64,000 bases of DNA. It comes from Candidatus Dadabacteria bacterium (lineage in GTDB: Bacteria; Desulfobacterota_D; UBA1144; Nemesobacterales; CSP1-2). How positions within the stretch are numbered: position 1 is the stretch's first letter; each line of letters begins with the position of its first letter. Positions 41,201 to 50,757 of this stretch are shown here, one piece after another. A program made the position numbers and the translations under genes. The stretch lies in NCBI GenBank assembly GCA_963805855.1, contig CAWDVW010000006.1, positions 64,001 to 128,000 of the forward strand, written 5' to 3'. The notes under the pieces were generated by a model, which saw only the letters and a list, made by a program, of their open reading frames with translations, was not told the DNA's origin and made no database searches.

Positions 41201-41416
41201 TTGAAAACTGTTTCGAAAATATTGGTCACTATCTGTTTGATAATTTTAATAACGGTACTTGTGTCATATTTTCTCTCAATACCGCGACAGGCGCTTTGCC
41301 AGGATATATCCTGCAAAAGGGTTGCCTGTGTCACCGATAGCCAATGCGACATATACTGTAAATGCTTCAAGGCTGACCCATCCAGGACGCACGGGCGATG
41401 CCTAATTAGCTATTAG
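41201..41416 (+). CDS. Small secreted cysteine-rich, knottin-like peptide
   Basis: GAGGGG RBS before TTG; hydrophobic leader; mature part C-x4-C-x5-C-x3-C-x1-C-x11-C. Confidence 0.6.
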   Translation: MKTVSKILVTICLIILITVLVSYFLSIPRQALCQDISCKRVACVTDSQCDIYCKCFKADPSRTHGRCLISY

Positions 41417-41457
41417 TATGTGTTATCTCTCTCGAACGTGTTAATTTAATTTAGTTT

Positions 41458-43455
41458 ATGAAAACGCAAGAACTCAAGCCACGGTATCTAACTAAAACTC
41501 TTTTCAAGTTAGCGCACGAATGCCCCACAAAGCTGTACTATTATAATAAAGAAGAGTACCCAAGTACCAAAGAAGAGGATGAGTTCTTAGAAGCATTGGC
41601 CGAGGGTGGCTTCCAGGTCGGTGCCCTGGCCAAGTGCTATTATCCAGAAGGAATCGAAATCACGGCTCTGGACCACCAAGAAGCAATTCAATTGACAAAT
41701 GAATTATTAAAAAGGGATAACGTTACGATTTTTGAGGCGGCAATTTGTTTTGAAGATTTCTTCATCAGGGTAGATATACTAAAGAAAGTAAACGATCATC
41801 TTGACCTGATTGAGGTGAAATCGAAATCGTTTCATCCCGACAAGGATGACTTTCTAACCAATTCCGGGTCTATAGATTCAAAATGGGATCCTTACCTGTA
41901 TGATGTAGCTTTCCAGACATGCATCCTGGAAAAAGCATTTCCACACTTCCAAATCTCCCCTTATCTTATGGTGGCAGATAAGTCCAAGACTACGTCGGTG
42001 GATGGGCTCAATCAGAAGTTCAGATTGGCAAAAAAAGACGGGCGAACAACCGTTGTAACTGTTGGTGATGTCAGTCCTCAAGCACTTGGGACTCAAATTC
42101 TCACAGTGGTTCCTGTGAGTGAGTACGTCAATATAATACTGACGGGTAGTGAACAAGAACAGAACAAATCTTCTGAAACATCTGAGGGATTCTTACAGCA
42201 GATTCGTGAATATGCTCGATACTATAAGCAGGATTCGCGTTATCCGATTTCTATTGCGCAAAAATGTAAGAACTGCGAGTTCAGGATCGATCCTGACACA
42301 TTAAGAAAAGGCCAAAAGAGTGGCTTCAGGGAGTGTTGGAAAGCGCAACTGGGCTGGAAGGACGAAGATTTCGATAAGCCCCACGTTTTCGACGTCTGGA
42401 TGCTTCGTGCTCAGCAATATATGGACAGGGGTATCTATTTAATGAAAGACATCCCGCTTGATGAATTTGTTAAGATAGAACAGAAGAGCGACAAACCAGT
42501 TTTCAAGAGTCCTACCGCCGAAAGGCAGCATCTTCAGGTTGTAAAGGCGTGTGAGAATATTGATGGCAAAGAAGATGTAAAGCCAGATTTATTTGATGAA
42601 ATGGGAAAATGGACATTCCCGCTACATTTCATCGATTTTGAAACCAGCATGGTGGCAATTCCTTTCAACAAAGGGCAAAGACCTTATGAATTGATTGCCT
42701 TTCAATTTTCCTGCCACAGTGTTCACGAAGATGGTCTGATTGAACATCATGAGTGGATTCATAAGCGACCCGGGAGTTTTCCTAATTTTGATTTTCTGGT
42801 TGCTTTGAAGAACTGTCTGGAAATGGATGCGGGTACAATTTTCAGATATGCCGCACACGAAAATACTGTGCTCCGCCAAATTCATACTCAATTAAAGGGA
42901 GCACTTGATTTCGGGGAAGAATTTATACCTACCGATCCAGAAGACCTTTTAATTTGGATTGACACAATAACAGTCTCGAATAGAAAATATGGCGATCGCA
43001 ACATGGTGGACATGCTTGAACTTGTGAGGAAGTACTACTATCATCCCATGATGGGTGGATCAAATTCAATAAAAGCAGTTTTGTCCGCGGTTATTTCTGC
43101 AAGCGACTTCTTAAAGGACAAATATTCAAAGGCCTATAACAGCAAGAATTTCAAAAACATGGTTTGGTGGAAAGCAGACCACGATGGTGGATCTCCGTTT
43201 GATCCTTATAGCCTCTTGCCTCCTCTTTTTGAAGATGTTGACATTTCGAAGGACGAATTACTTTTGGAAAACGAGCATATTAGTGAGGGCGGCGCAGCCA
43301 TGATAGCCTATGCTAAAATGCAGTTCTCAGAAATGACAGACGAAGAAAGGAATGCAATCATCCGTGGTTTACTCAAGTATTGTGAATTGGATACACTGGC
43401 TATGGTCATGATTTATGAGCACTGGAATTTTTTGAAGGACATGGATTCAAAATAG
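41458..43455 (+). CDS. DUF2779-like protein: PD-(D/E)XK (Cas4/RecB-like) nuclease plus RNase H/DEDD-like domain
   Basis: CPTKLYY; RVDIL..LIEVKS; CKNC..C; FIDFET, FQFSCH, GGSNSIKAVL, YCELDT. Confidence 0.75.
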   Translation: MKTQELKPRYLTKTLFKLAHECPTKLYYYNKEEYPSTKEEDEFLEALAEGGFQVGALAKCYYPEGIEITALDHQEAIQLTNELLKRDNVTIFEAAICFEDFFIRVDILKKVNDHLDLIEVKSKSFHPDKDDFLTNSGSIDSKWDPYLYDVAFQTCILEKAFPHFQISPYLMVADKSKTTSVDGLNQKFRLAKKDGRTTVVTVGDVSPQALGTQILTVVPVSEYVNIILTGSEQEQNKSSETSEGFLQQIREYARYYKQDSRYPISIAQKCKNCEFRIDPDTLRKGQKSGFRECWKAQLGWKDEDFDKPHVFDVWMLRAQQYMDRGIYLMKDIPLDEFVKIEQKSDKPVFKSPTAERQHLQVVKACENIDGKEDVKPDLFDEMGKWTFPLHFIDFETSMVAIPFNKGQRPYELIAFQFSCHSVHEDGLIEHHEWIHKRPGSFPNFDFLVALKNCLEMDAGTIFRYAAHENTVLRQIHTQLKGALDFGEEFIPTDPEDLLIWIDTITVSNRKYGDRNMVDMLELVRKYYYHPMMGGSNSIKAVLSAVISASDFLKDKYSKAYNSKNFKNMVWWKADHDGGSPFDPYSLLPPLFEDVDISKDELLLENEHISEGGAAMIAYAKMQFSEMTDEERNAIIRGLLKYCELDTLAMVMIYEHWNFLKDMDSK

Positions 43456-43564
43456 AAAAGGCCCGCTACCTATGGTTGAGATTCACGAGCATTTATTGGG
43501 AAAATTAAATTAGGATAAAAGTCTAAGGGATTAGCAAAGCTAAATTATATTCGGATTATATAAA

Positions 43565-43822
43565 ATGCTGTGGCAAGACGCTGTAATCGTGGTTGCTAAC
43601 ATAATATTCTTTATTTCATTAGTTCCACAGGTGTATTATGGATTCAAAGAGAAAAAAGGGTTTATAACATTAGCAACGTCCGGGCCTATTTTTGTCGGAC
43701 TTTATGCAATATCAATATCTTTTTATACACTAAATTTATATTTTTCATCGATAATTTTGTTTGTAACGGGAACTCTCTGGTTAATTCTGTTTATTCAAAG
43801 GTTAATGTATAGACGAGCTTAG
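43565..43822 (+). CDS. PQ-loop / SemiSWEET-like 3-TM protein
   Basis: SLVPQV after TM1; three hydrophobic helices; very AT-rich. Confidence 0.55.
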   Translation: MLWQDAVIVVANIIFFISLVPQVYYGFKEKKGFITLATSGPIFVGLYAISISFYTLNLYFSSIILFVTGTLWLILFIQRLMYRRA

Positions 43823-43830
43823 ATCTGATA

Positions 43831-43899
43831 GATGCAAGATGCAGGGTTCACGATGCATGATGCAGGATGCATGATGCAGGATGGTAAAGCCAGTTCGAC
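43831..43899 (+). repeat. GATGCAG heptamer array plus unique tail, direct-repeat copy B (two extra units)
   Basis: GATGCAA GATGCAG GGTTCAC GATGCAT GATGCAG GATGCAT GATGCAG GATGGTA AAGCCAG TTCGAC. Confidence 0.85.
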
Positions 43900-44163
43900 C
43901 AAAATAACAGGGGGCGCAACACCTTCTTTAAGCGTGCTCTATACTCGTTACGCCAGCTGAGATAGAAAATACCATTTGCGTCTTCGCCGGGTGGCATGGC
44001 GTGGCAGGTCAGCAATTACTGTTATTGCAACACTGGGTATATGCATAAAATCTGACATGATAAACAACATTAAAATGTGCGTCCCCTTTAATTCACAATA
44101 TGAAATTGGTCTAAGTCAAACTAGTCAACAAAAGATTTGACCCCTAAAAAAAAAATATAATTA

Positions 44164-44622
44164 TTACAGAGTCAATTCAGGCTTTTTTGTCTTTATGAAT
44201 GTTTCTGAAGAATCCTTCACTACAGGAACAGCCCCCAGGACCTGGACATATTTTGTTTGGTAACTCAATGCTCCCATCCCAATAGGCATTCCACTCTTAA
44301 GATATGTGCTCTTGCTGCGGGGAGGAATTGTGATGGGGAGGACAGCAGTTGTACTGCTTACCTGTTCGCCAGCATTGTTATATGAAGTGGAGTAATAGTT
44401 GAGCTTTATTTCGATGTCTTTATAAGCTATGTCCGCTGTGTTCTCAATCGTAATATTACTTATCATAGCTACCCTCAACGCTGCAAAATAAGACCAGTCG
44501 GTGACTTTAATGTACCACTCAGGATGCTGAATCATTGAAATGGTAGGTTCCAATTCTTGAGCTCTGGCAAGTGGAGAAAATAGAAGCAATAAGATGAATA
44601 GTTTTGTGGTTATATGGCTCAT
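44164..44622 (-). CDS. Exported hypothetical protein (beta-sandwich-like)
   Basis: Signal peptide (ARA-Q); TIENTADIAYKDIEI..YY. Confidence 0.65.
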   Translation of the reverse strand: MSHITTKLFILLLLFSPLARAQELEPTISMIQHPEWYIKVTDWSYFAALRVAMISNITIENTADIAYKDIEIKLNYYSTSYNNAGEQVSSTTAVLPITIPPRSKSTYLKSGMPIGMGALSYQTKYVQVLGAVPVVKDSSETFIKTKKPELTL

Positions 44623-44882
44623 GTTTGTATTCGAAGGTTTGGATGTATTAATTACTAGTATTATACACTAGCCTAGACTCTATCTTTAACATTTGTCAAC
44701 TTTCCTTCTTGACTCCGTGAGATTTCTTCATTATTTACTACCTTGTTATCGGCTTGGTTTTTAATGACGAGCATTATAAGAAGTAGGGCGTTTTGGCAAA
44801 AATAACCTAGTCAGCAGGTTCAGATGAAGAAGTCACGAGATTAAACTGGGGGCTTACAATTCGAGGTCTGAAAAGTATAATT

Positions 44883-45233
44883 TTGCTTATGCATACCATC
44901 AACCGCTCAATTGCAATAATAAAACCAAAGCAACCGTTTGTTGATTGGGCAAATCAATTGCCCGATGCCGAATGGAAAGCCTTATTAGATGATTTCAAGA
45001 CTGATTGTCTTGCCATATTAATACCTGAGTATGAAACAGATGAAGAGGCTAAGGGATACATTAATGAGATATATGAGGATATTTTCATCGAAATCCTTTT
45101 TGGATGGTGTACTGAAGAATCGTGGTTTCCACAGGATAGGACCGATGAAATGTTCTGGCGATGGTTTGAGGTAGAGTTGCATTCAATTGTTATGGATTCA
45201 TGTATGGAACCGATAGAGAAAGGAGAGCCGTAG
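44883..45233 (+). CDS. Hypothetical acidic protein
   Basis: INRSIAIIKPKQPFVDW...W..E..FP.DRT..F..WF pattern; probable start at the ATG near 44889. Confidence 0.65.
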   Translation: MLMHTINRSIAIIKPKQPFVDWANQLPDAEWKALLDDFKTDCLAILIPEYETDEEAKGYINEIYEDIFIEILFGWCTEESWFPQDRTDEMFWRWFEVELHSIVMDSCMEPIEKGEP

Positions 45234-45283
45234 ACATAATACTTTTTAGGTTTTTAAGAAGGTCTGTGTTATTTTGATATAGT

Positions 45284-46696
45284 ATGTCTGCTGTAAAGTT
45301 AAAGGGGGTTAGCCAAATGAGTTTATTGAAATTACTATTAATATTGTTTTTGGTACCTTTCTCCACGATTTCGTATGGGTCTAACGATTCAGAGAAGGAG
45401 GCAGGCGTTAAGAAGACTGAGACAGTTAGGGAGGAAGTTACTGAGGATATACCTCCCGAAGGCGACACATTATCACAGACCGGAAGTGATTCAAGAGAAT
45501 TAAGAAAAACCGATAATGAGTTTACCCCTCTAGTAATGTCCGTCCTTTCGACTCCCGTTCCAGTCAAGGGATCTGATGATCGTATTCACCTGGTTTATGA
45601 GCTCTTGGTTATTAATGCTTATAAATTAGATTTTGAAATAGTATCCGTTGAAGTACTTGATGGAGATCGGAATGAGAAGGTGCTTAATTCTTTCTCAGGC
45701 CAAGAGGTCTCAAATAATATGCAACTCGTTGGTACTAGAGCCCCGATCAACTCTTTGCAACCCGGACAGGCTGGAATAATTTTCATGACCTTTGCAGTAG
45801 ATAGTGTAAATGATACTCCTACTAATCTCATACATAGAGTAGCTGTCACAGTTCCAGGAGGTATTCCATCCAAATTGGCTGGATTTCTTGAATTAACCCC
45901 GGGCCAAGAGAAGATTATTGAGACAGGGGCTTTAACGAAAGTAGGAAGTCCCGATGCGGTGGTGTTGGGACCACCACTCGAAGGCTCGGGCTGGGTGGTA
46001 GTAAACGGTTGCTGTGATTCTAAAACACACATCAGATCGTTACAGCCAGTAAATGGAAAGCTTTATCTTGCACAACGCTTTGCGATAGACTGGATGAAAA
46101 TCAATAAAGAGAACCGACTTTTTGTGGGCAATCCTAAAGACGTTAATAGCTATTTCGGCTACGGTCAAAATGTATTGGCCGTTGGTGATGCCAGGGTTAC
46201 AGCGGTAGTTGATCAGTTCAAGAACCAAATTCCAGGTGAATTGCCCACTGAAATTACTCTAGAGGAAATAGATGGTAACCATGTTGTTCTTGATTTGGGC
46301 AATAATCAATACGTTTTTTATGCCCACCTCCAGCCAAATAGCGTCAAGGTGAAGGAAGGTGATTTTGTTAAAAGAGGACAGGTTATAGGTCTGCTTGGCA
46401 ATTCGGGAAACACCTCAGCTCCCCATATGCACCTGCATGTTATGGCCTCACCATCTACGCTTGGCTCAAATGGTCTCCCATATGTTTTTGATCGATTTGA
46501 CCTATTGGGTAGAACCACAGATGAATCCTTTTTTGACGAAGGACTTGAGGACCCGACGCCCATCGAAGGAATTGATAAGGCCGAAATAATTGAAGGGAAT
46601 CCAATACAGGTAGAACCAGTCGATAAACCAGGACTTCACAGCGATGAATTGCCTCTAGATTTAAGAATTGTGGAGTTTTCTTCAGGAAGCAAATAA
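45284..46696 (+). CDS. Exported M23-family metallopeptidase
   Basis: AQRFAIDW, GNHVVL, YAHLQ, GNSGNTSAPHMHLHV (HxH). Confidence 0.88.
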   Translation: MSAVKLKGVSQMSLLKLLLILFLVPFSTISYGSNDSEKEAGVKKTETVREEVTEDIPPEGDTLSQTGSDSRELRKTDNEFTPLVMSVLSTPVPVKGSDDRIHLVYELLVINAYKLDFEIVSVEVLDGDRNEKVLNSFSGQEVSNNMQLVGTRAPINSLQPGQAGIIFMTFAVDSVNDTPTNLIHRVAVTVPGGIPSKLAGFLELTPGQEKIIETGALTKVGSPDAVVLGPPLEGSGWVVVNGCCDSKTHIRSLQPVNGKLYLAQRFAIDWMKINKENRLFVGNPKDVNSYFGYGQNVLAVGDARVTAVVDQFKNQIPGELPTEITLEEIDGNHVVLDLGNNQYVFYAHLQPNSVKVKEGDFVKRGQVIGLLGNSGNTSAPHMHLHVMASPSTLGSNGLPYVFDRFDLLGRTTDESFFDEGLEDPTPIEGIDKAEIIEGNPIQVEPVDKPGLHSDELPLDLRIVEFSSGSK

Positions 46697-46792
46697 CAAA
46701 CCTCCTCCATTCATTTCGTTTCCGACGGATGCGAGGAATCATAGGTTTTAACTAGGGAATTTCCTGTGGCTTGCTACAGGGTTTCCCCCTCC

Positions 46793-47194
46793 TGTCATTG
46801 CTGTAGATGTTAGATATTTCGTGGACAAAATCCCAAAACAAAATAAATTTCCTGGAACTTTACTCATCCGTCATCCTCGCATGTTCCCCGCCGGCTACAC
46901 GCGGGGACAAGCTTTATCGGGGGTCCATTGTTTAATCTTTTATTTTCTTTGTCTTGACACAAAGAAACAAAAATCAAGGGCTTACAAAAAACGCTTGCGT
47001 ATCGAGCGAATGCGAGATATCTATTGCTATAATTAATTAGTTCTCTCAGTCTGGAGAAGCTTTGTTCCTTCGAGATGACAGTAATGATTGTCACTTTTTT
47101 TAACGCTTCCGGAATTGATTTTGGCAATTTTTTGAATGCCCATTTAGGATCTAAGAAGCTGTCCCCGAATTATGCAACATCTACAGCTATGACA
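46793..47194. mobile_element. 402-bp MITE with 35-bp imperfect terminal inverted repeats
   Basis: TGTCATTGCTGTAGATGTTAGATATTTCGTGGACA versus reverse-complemented right end TGTCATAGCTGTAGATGTTGCATAATTCGGGGACA (5 mismatches); no transposase; related copy at 27314-27700. Confidence 0.8.
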
Positions 47195-47530
47195 CCTGTT
47201 CGGTTTCCGAGAAAAATAAGTGGGGAAGCTACCCTTTGTTGTATCGAGTCTAATTGACGGGTTGAAGCATTTTCGGTCGAATTTTTTTTAACTTCCACCG
47301 GCTTCGTACAGCCACTTCGGCTTGCACCTTCGATTTAACTCAGTACGGGTTCAGTGTTAAGGGTTTTATACCGTCCCAATCCGATAGTATAAGTTCGGGG
47401 TGGGGATCGCGAGTCGCGCTATAATTACGTATACTTCCAGGTAAATTAACTTACTTGTATGTCTTAATTATTGGATAAGTGGTGGGCGTTAACATAATTT
47501 AACTACGACATGATTAAAAGGGGGTAATTC

Positions 47531-48442
47531 ATGAGAGTCCTAATTTCGATCCTATTCTTATGTATCTTTGCCCTTTTCGCTTCTGCTCAAGAGGGTTTTC
47601 TTAAAGACTACATTTCATCTGGAAAACCATTCACGGTTGTGTTCGGATCTTATGGTTTTACGGATTTTAAGTGGATTGGAAGATGTGATCCTGATATAGC
47701 CAGTACCCTTTGCGGTAAAACTTACACAGGGAGATACCTTCCTGAAATCCAGGCGTGGGAATTCAGTACATTTAATGAATTAACCAAGAGAACCGAAATA
47801 CTGACATCAAAGGATTTGGCTAGAGGAAATCCAAATAACTATAATTTGGTCATTTGGGACGAGGACTTTTCTTTTGATGAAAAGGGTGGGGTATCCCACC
47901 CTGGCGATGGAAATGTTGCAAACCTGTACCCGATTGATTACACCCCATCGGAGTACTACATCATAGAATCAAAAAGGGGTTCAACTGAACTTATAATTGA
48001 GGGATATCGACTTATACAGAGTCAGGAATACGAAAAGGCGGTCGATAGCTTAGATAAATCCATAGAACTGAGCCCCAAATCCCCTCTTTCTTATTACTAC
48101 AGAGGCTATGCCTATCTGAAAAAAGAGGATTACGATAGGGCCATACTAGACCTTGAACAATCGATAAGCCTTGACCCAAATCTGTCAGACGCTTATTCGA
48201 GCCTGGCAGTTGCGCAAGTGAAGCTGAAGGACTATGAAGGTGCTATTCGAGCTGCAACAAAGGCCATAATACTGAACCCAAAAGACGCGTACAGTTACTA
48301 CAACAGGGGTCTTGCCTACTATTACTTGAAGGAATATGAGAAAGCGTATGGAGATTTTGATGAAGCCTTGAGCCTGGATCCAACAAATCAAGAAGCGAGG
48401 ACGAACAGGGATCTGCTGTTAAAGAAACTGGGAAAACAATAA
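47531..48442 (+). CDS. Exported protein with C-terminal TPR repeats
   Basis: Signal peptide (ASA-Q); YYYRGYAY, YYNRGLAY TPR units. Confidence 0.85.
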   Translation: MRVLISILFLCIFALFASAQEGFLKDYISSGKPFTVVFGSYGFTDFKWIGRCDPDIASTLCGKTYTGRYLPEIQAWEFSTFNELTKRTEILTSKDLARGNPNNYNLVIWDEDFSFDEKGGVSHPGDGNVANLYPIDYTPSEYYIIESKRGSTELIIEGYRLIQSQEYEKAVDSLDKSIELSPKSPLSYYYRGYAYLKKEDYDRAILDLEQSISLDPNLSDAYSSLAVAQVKLKDYEGAIRAATKAIILNPKDAYSYYNRGLAYYYLKEYEKAYGDFDEALSLDPTNQEARTNRDLLLKKLGKQ

Positions 48443-48514
48443 AATAAAGGGCGAAAAAAATGCGTCCCCTTTATGATAAGCGTGACACTCTCCTTTTTCC
48501 CGTAAAAGTTTATG

Positions 48515-49912
48515 CTAACAAACCCCGCGTGTCTTTCTTTCGTGCGCTTTTGCAAATACAGCTTTAGGGGCCTTCTCGAAGTTCTCGATTGCTCGTTCAA
48601 TGTCATTAATTAACATATCACTCATGTCCTCGGTGAAGTCCTCACGTACCACCACCCTGAGTACAGATATGTTCTCGGCATTTGGTGCCAGCGTGTAAGC
48701 AGGTACTATCCATCCCCTTTCTCGCAGTTTATCGGAGATGTCAAAAACAGTGTAACGCGAATTGTCTCGTAACGTGAATGCTACTACAGGAAGGTGACCC
48801 AGTTTACTGAGGGTCTCAAACCTTCCGCTTTCCTCCAAACGTTTGGTTAGGACCTGAGCCCGTTTCTGAAGGGAATTCATTACCCTCTCATATCCTTCGC
48901 GACCAAGATTCAGGAAGTTGTAATATTGGGCTATTATCTGGTTGGCACCCCTTGAAAAATTTAAGTTGAAGGTCGGCTGGTCTCCGCCGAGGTAGTTAAC
49001 GTGGAAAATCAGTTCTTCCGGCAATTCAGACTCATCCCGCCAGATCACCCATCCAACCCCTGGATAAACCAATCCGTATTTATGGCCGCTCACATTTATC
49101 GATTTTACAAGAGGTAGTCTGAAATCCCATTTTAATTTTGGTGATGTGAATGGAGCAACGAACCCACCAGACGCCGCATCGACATGAATGGGTACTTCCC
49201 AGCCAGTCTTATCATTCAGATCCATCAGCGCATTATTTAATTGCTCAATTGGCTCATACTCACCTGTATATGTGCTCCCAAGTATGCCTACTACGGCGAT
49301 TGTGTTTTCGTCTACAAGCTCCATTGCTTCAGGCACACCAATCACATAGCGATTTTCGGTTAACTTTACAGATCTAGGTTCAACCTCGAAATAACGAGCA
49401 AACTTTTCCCAGCAGACCTGGACGTTTTCACCCATTACTATGTTCGGTTTATCTGAAGGTTCTCCTGCGGCTGTACGGCGTTTGCGCCAATTCCACTTTA
49501 ATGCCAGTCCCGCGAGGTGTATCGCCTCCGAAGAGCCAACTGTTCCGGTTCCAACACACGTGTAGCGTTCATGCGCATTAAACAAATGTGCCAACATATT
49601 AACACAACGGTTTTGAATTTCGGTTGTTTGAGGATACTCATCCTGGTCAATGTAATTTTTGTTCAGGGTTTCTGACATAAGCCGCTCAATTTGGGGTTCC
49701 ATCCATGTCGTAACAAATGACGCGAGGTTCAGGGCTGGATTGCCGTCCAGGTTTAGCTCACGGCGAATTAATTCGTATGCGACGTCGCTGTTGACACTTT
49801 TCTCCGGGAAAGAATATTTAGGGATTGGTTCGTTTAGAATATTTGAAAATCTTGGTAGTACCTGACTTTCTTGCGATTTCCTGTCTTTATCTTGTACTCT
49901 CTTAGATAACAT
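48515..49912 (-). CDS. gad: Glutamate decarboxylase
   Basis: LDGNPALNLASFVTTWME, DEYPQT, CWEKFARYF, HVDAASGGF, SGHKYGL, GWIVPAY. Confidence 0.93.
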   Translation of the reverse strand: MLSKRVQDKDRKSQESQVLPRFSNILNEPIPKYSFPEKSVNSDVAYELIRRELNLDGNPALNLASFVTTWMEPQIERLMSETLNKNYIDQDEYPQTTEIQNRCVNMLAHLFNAHERYTCVGTGTVGSSEAIHLAGLALKWNWRKRRTAAGEPSDKPNIVMGENVQVCWEKFARYFEVEPRSVKLTENRYVIGVPEAMELVDENTIAVVGILGSTYTGEYEPIEQLNNALMDLNDKTGWEVPIHVDAASGGFVAPFTSPKLKWDFRLPLVKSINVSGHKYGLVYPGVGWVIWRDESELPEELIFHVNYLGGDQPTFNLNFSRGANQIIAQYYNFLNLGREGYERVMNSLQKRAQVLTKRLEESGRFETLSKLGHLPVVAFTLRDNSRYTVFDISDKLRERGWIVPAYTLAPNAENISVLRVVVREDFTEDMSDMLINDIERAIENFEKAPKAVFAKAHERKTRGVC

Positions 49913-50178
49913 TGGTGATTCCTCCTTTTAGTGTTGTTAAAATCTACGTTTATTACTCCTCGGAACTCGAATGCGCCATAAATAAGGGACGCAAGCCCTT
50001 TATTGTAGGTAGCGACCGCTAATCCTTTATCGTTATCCAATGTCAGTTATTAGGATACAACCAATAATACAGTAAAGCGTTAATAGCTAAAACAGAAAAA
50101 CTTTTGCATTATCTTTCACACTCTGGAATACGGAATAGTTTTAAATGGAGAGAGGAGGAGACATTCCACTTATCTTAT

Positions 50179-50490
50179 TTATTCACTTTTTTCTTCATTT
50201 ACTTTCCAACAGAACTTAGTAAAGCATTTTTCGTTGCAGGCGGTATATTGATCATCACACCTGGCTATTTGATCTGTATCGGTACCGGCGCCTGCATAAC
50301 AGGAATTATTCTGTTTGCCGCATGAACCAATGCACTCTTCGTATTTGGGGCTACATTCGGCCCCTGTTTGACTCAATACCATTTCTTCGGGGACTCCGAT
50401 TGCGAAGACCGCTGATAAGATCAGAATGAATTTCACTCTTTGACAAAATTTAATGCTATTCTCACTCCACATAGCGATAGGTTTTGCCAC
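50179..50490 (-). CDS. Small cysteine-rich, probably exported hypothetical protein
   Basis: Hydrophobic segment, then 8 Cys spaced C-x6-C-x3-C-x6-C-x13-C-x6-C-x3-C-x4-C; start uncertain. Confidence 0.45.
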   Translation of the reverse strand: MAKPIAMWSENSIKFCQRVKFILILSAVFAIGVPEEMVLSQTGAECSPKYEECIGSCGKQNNSCYAGAGTDTDQIARCDDQYTACNEKCFTKFCWKVNEEKSE

Positions 50491-50741
50491 AGTCTATGAT
50501 TATCTCGGAAAAATCCTCCGAATCATCGGCACAAGCGGGCTCGGTAGTTTTCAATATCCTACCGAGTTCGGATCCTGATAACAAGTGGTAATGCCCTTTA
50601 GCTGTAAATCTTGTTTATTCTTCCGTAAACTTTGTTGACGATCGTAAGGGGACTGCGGGCTCACTATAAATGCGCGCCAGGAGATTAAAAACACCCAAAT
50701 TGCTAACGTTTATAGATAGTTATCAAATTATTTCGAAATCA

Positions 50742-50757
50742 TGGCATACTGCTTGCA
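50742..50757 (+). promoter_or_regulatory. Sigma54 -24/-12 promoter
   Basis: TGGCATACTGCTTGCA (GG-N10-GC), preceded by an AT-rich tract; upstream of the multiheme cytochrome gene. Confidence 0.65.

Noticed and set aside
20920-43899. Heptamer arrays as a CRISPR array, with the Cas4-like gene as a cas gene
   Set aside because: Units are 7 nt and contiguous with no spacers; no cas1/cas2 or effector genes in the window
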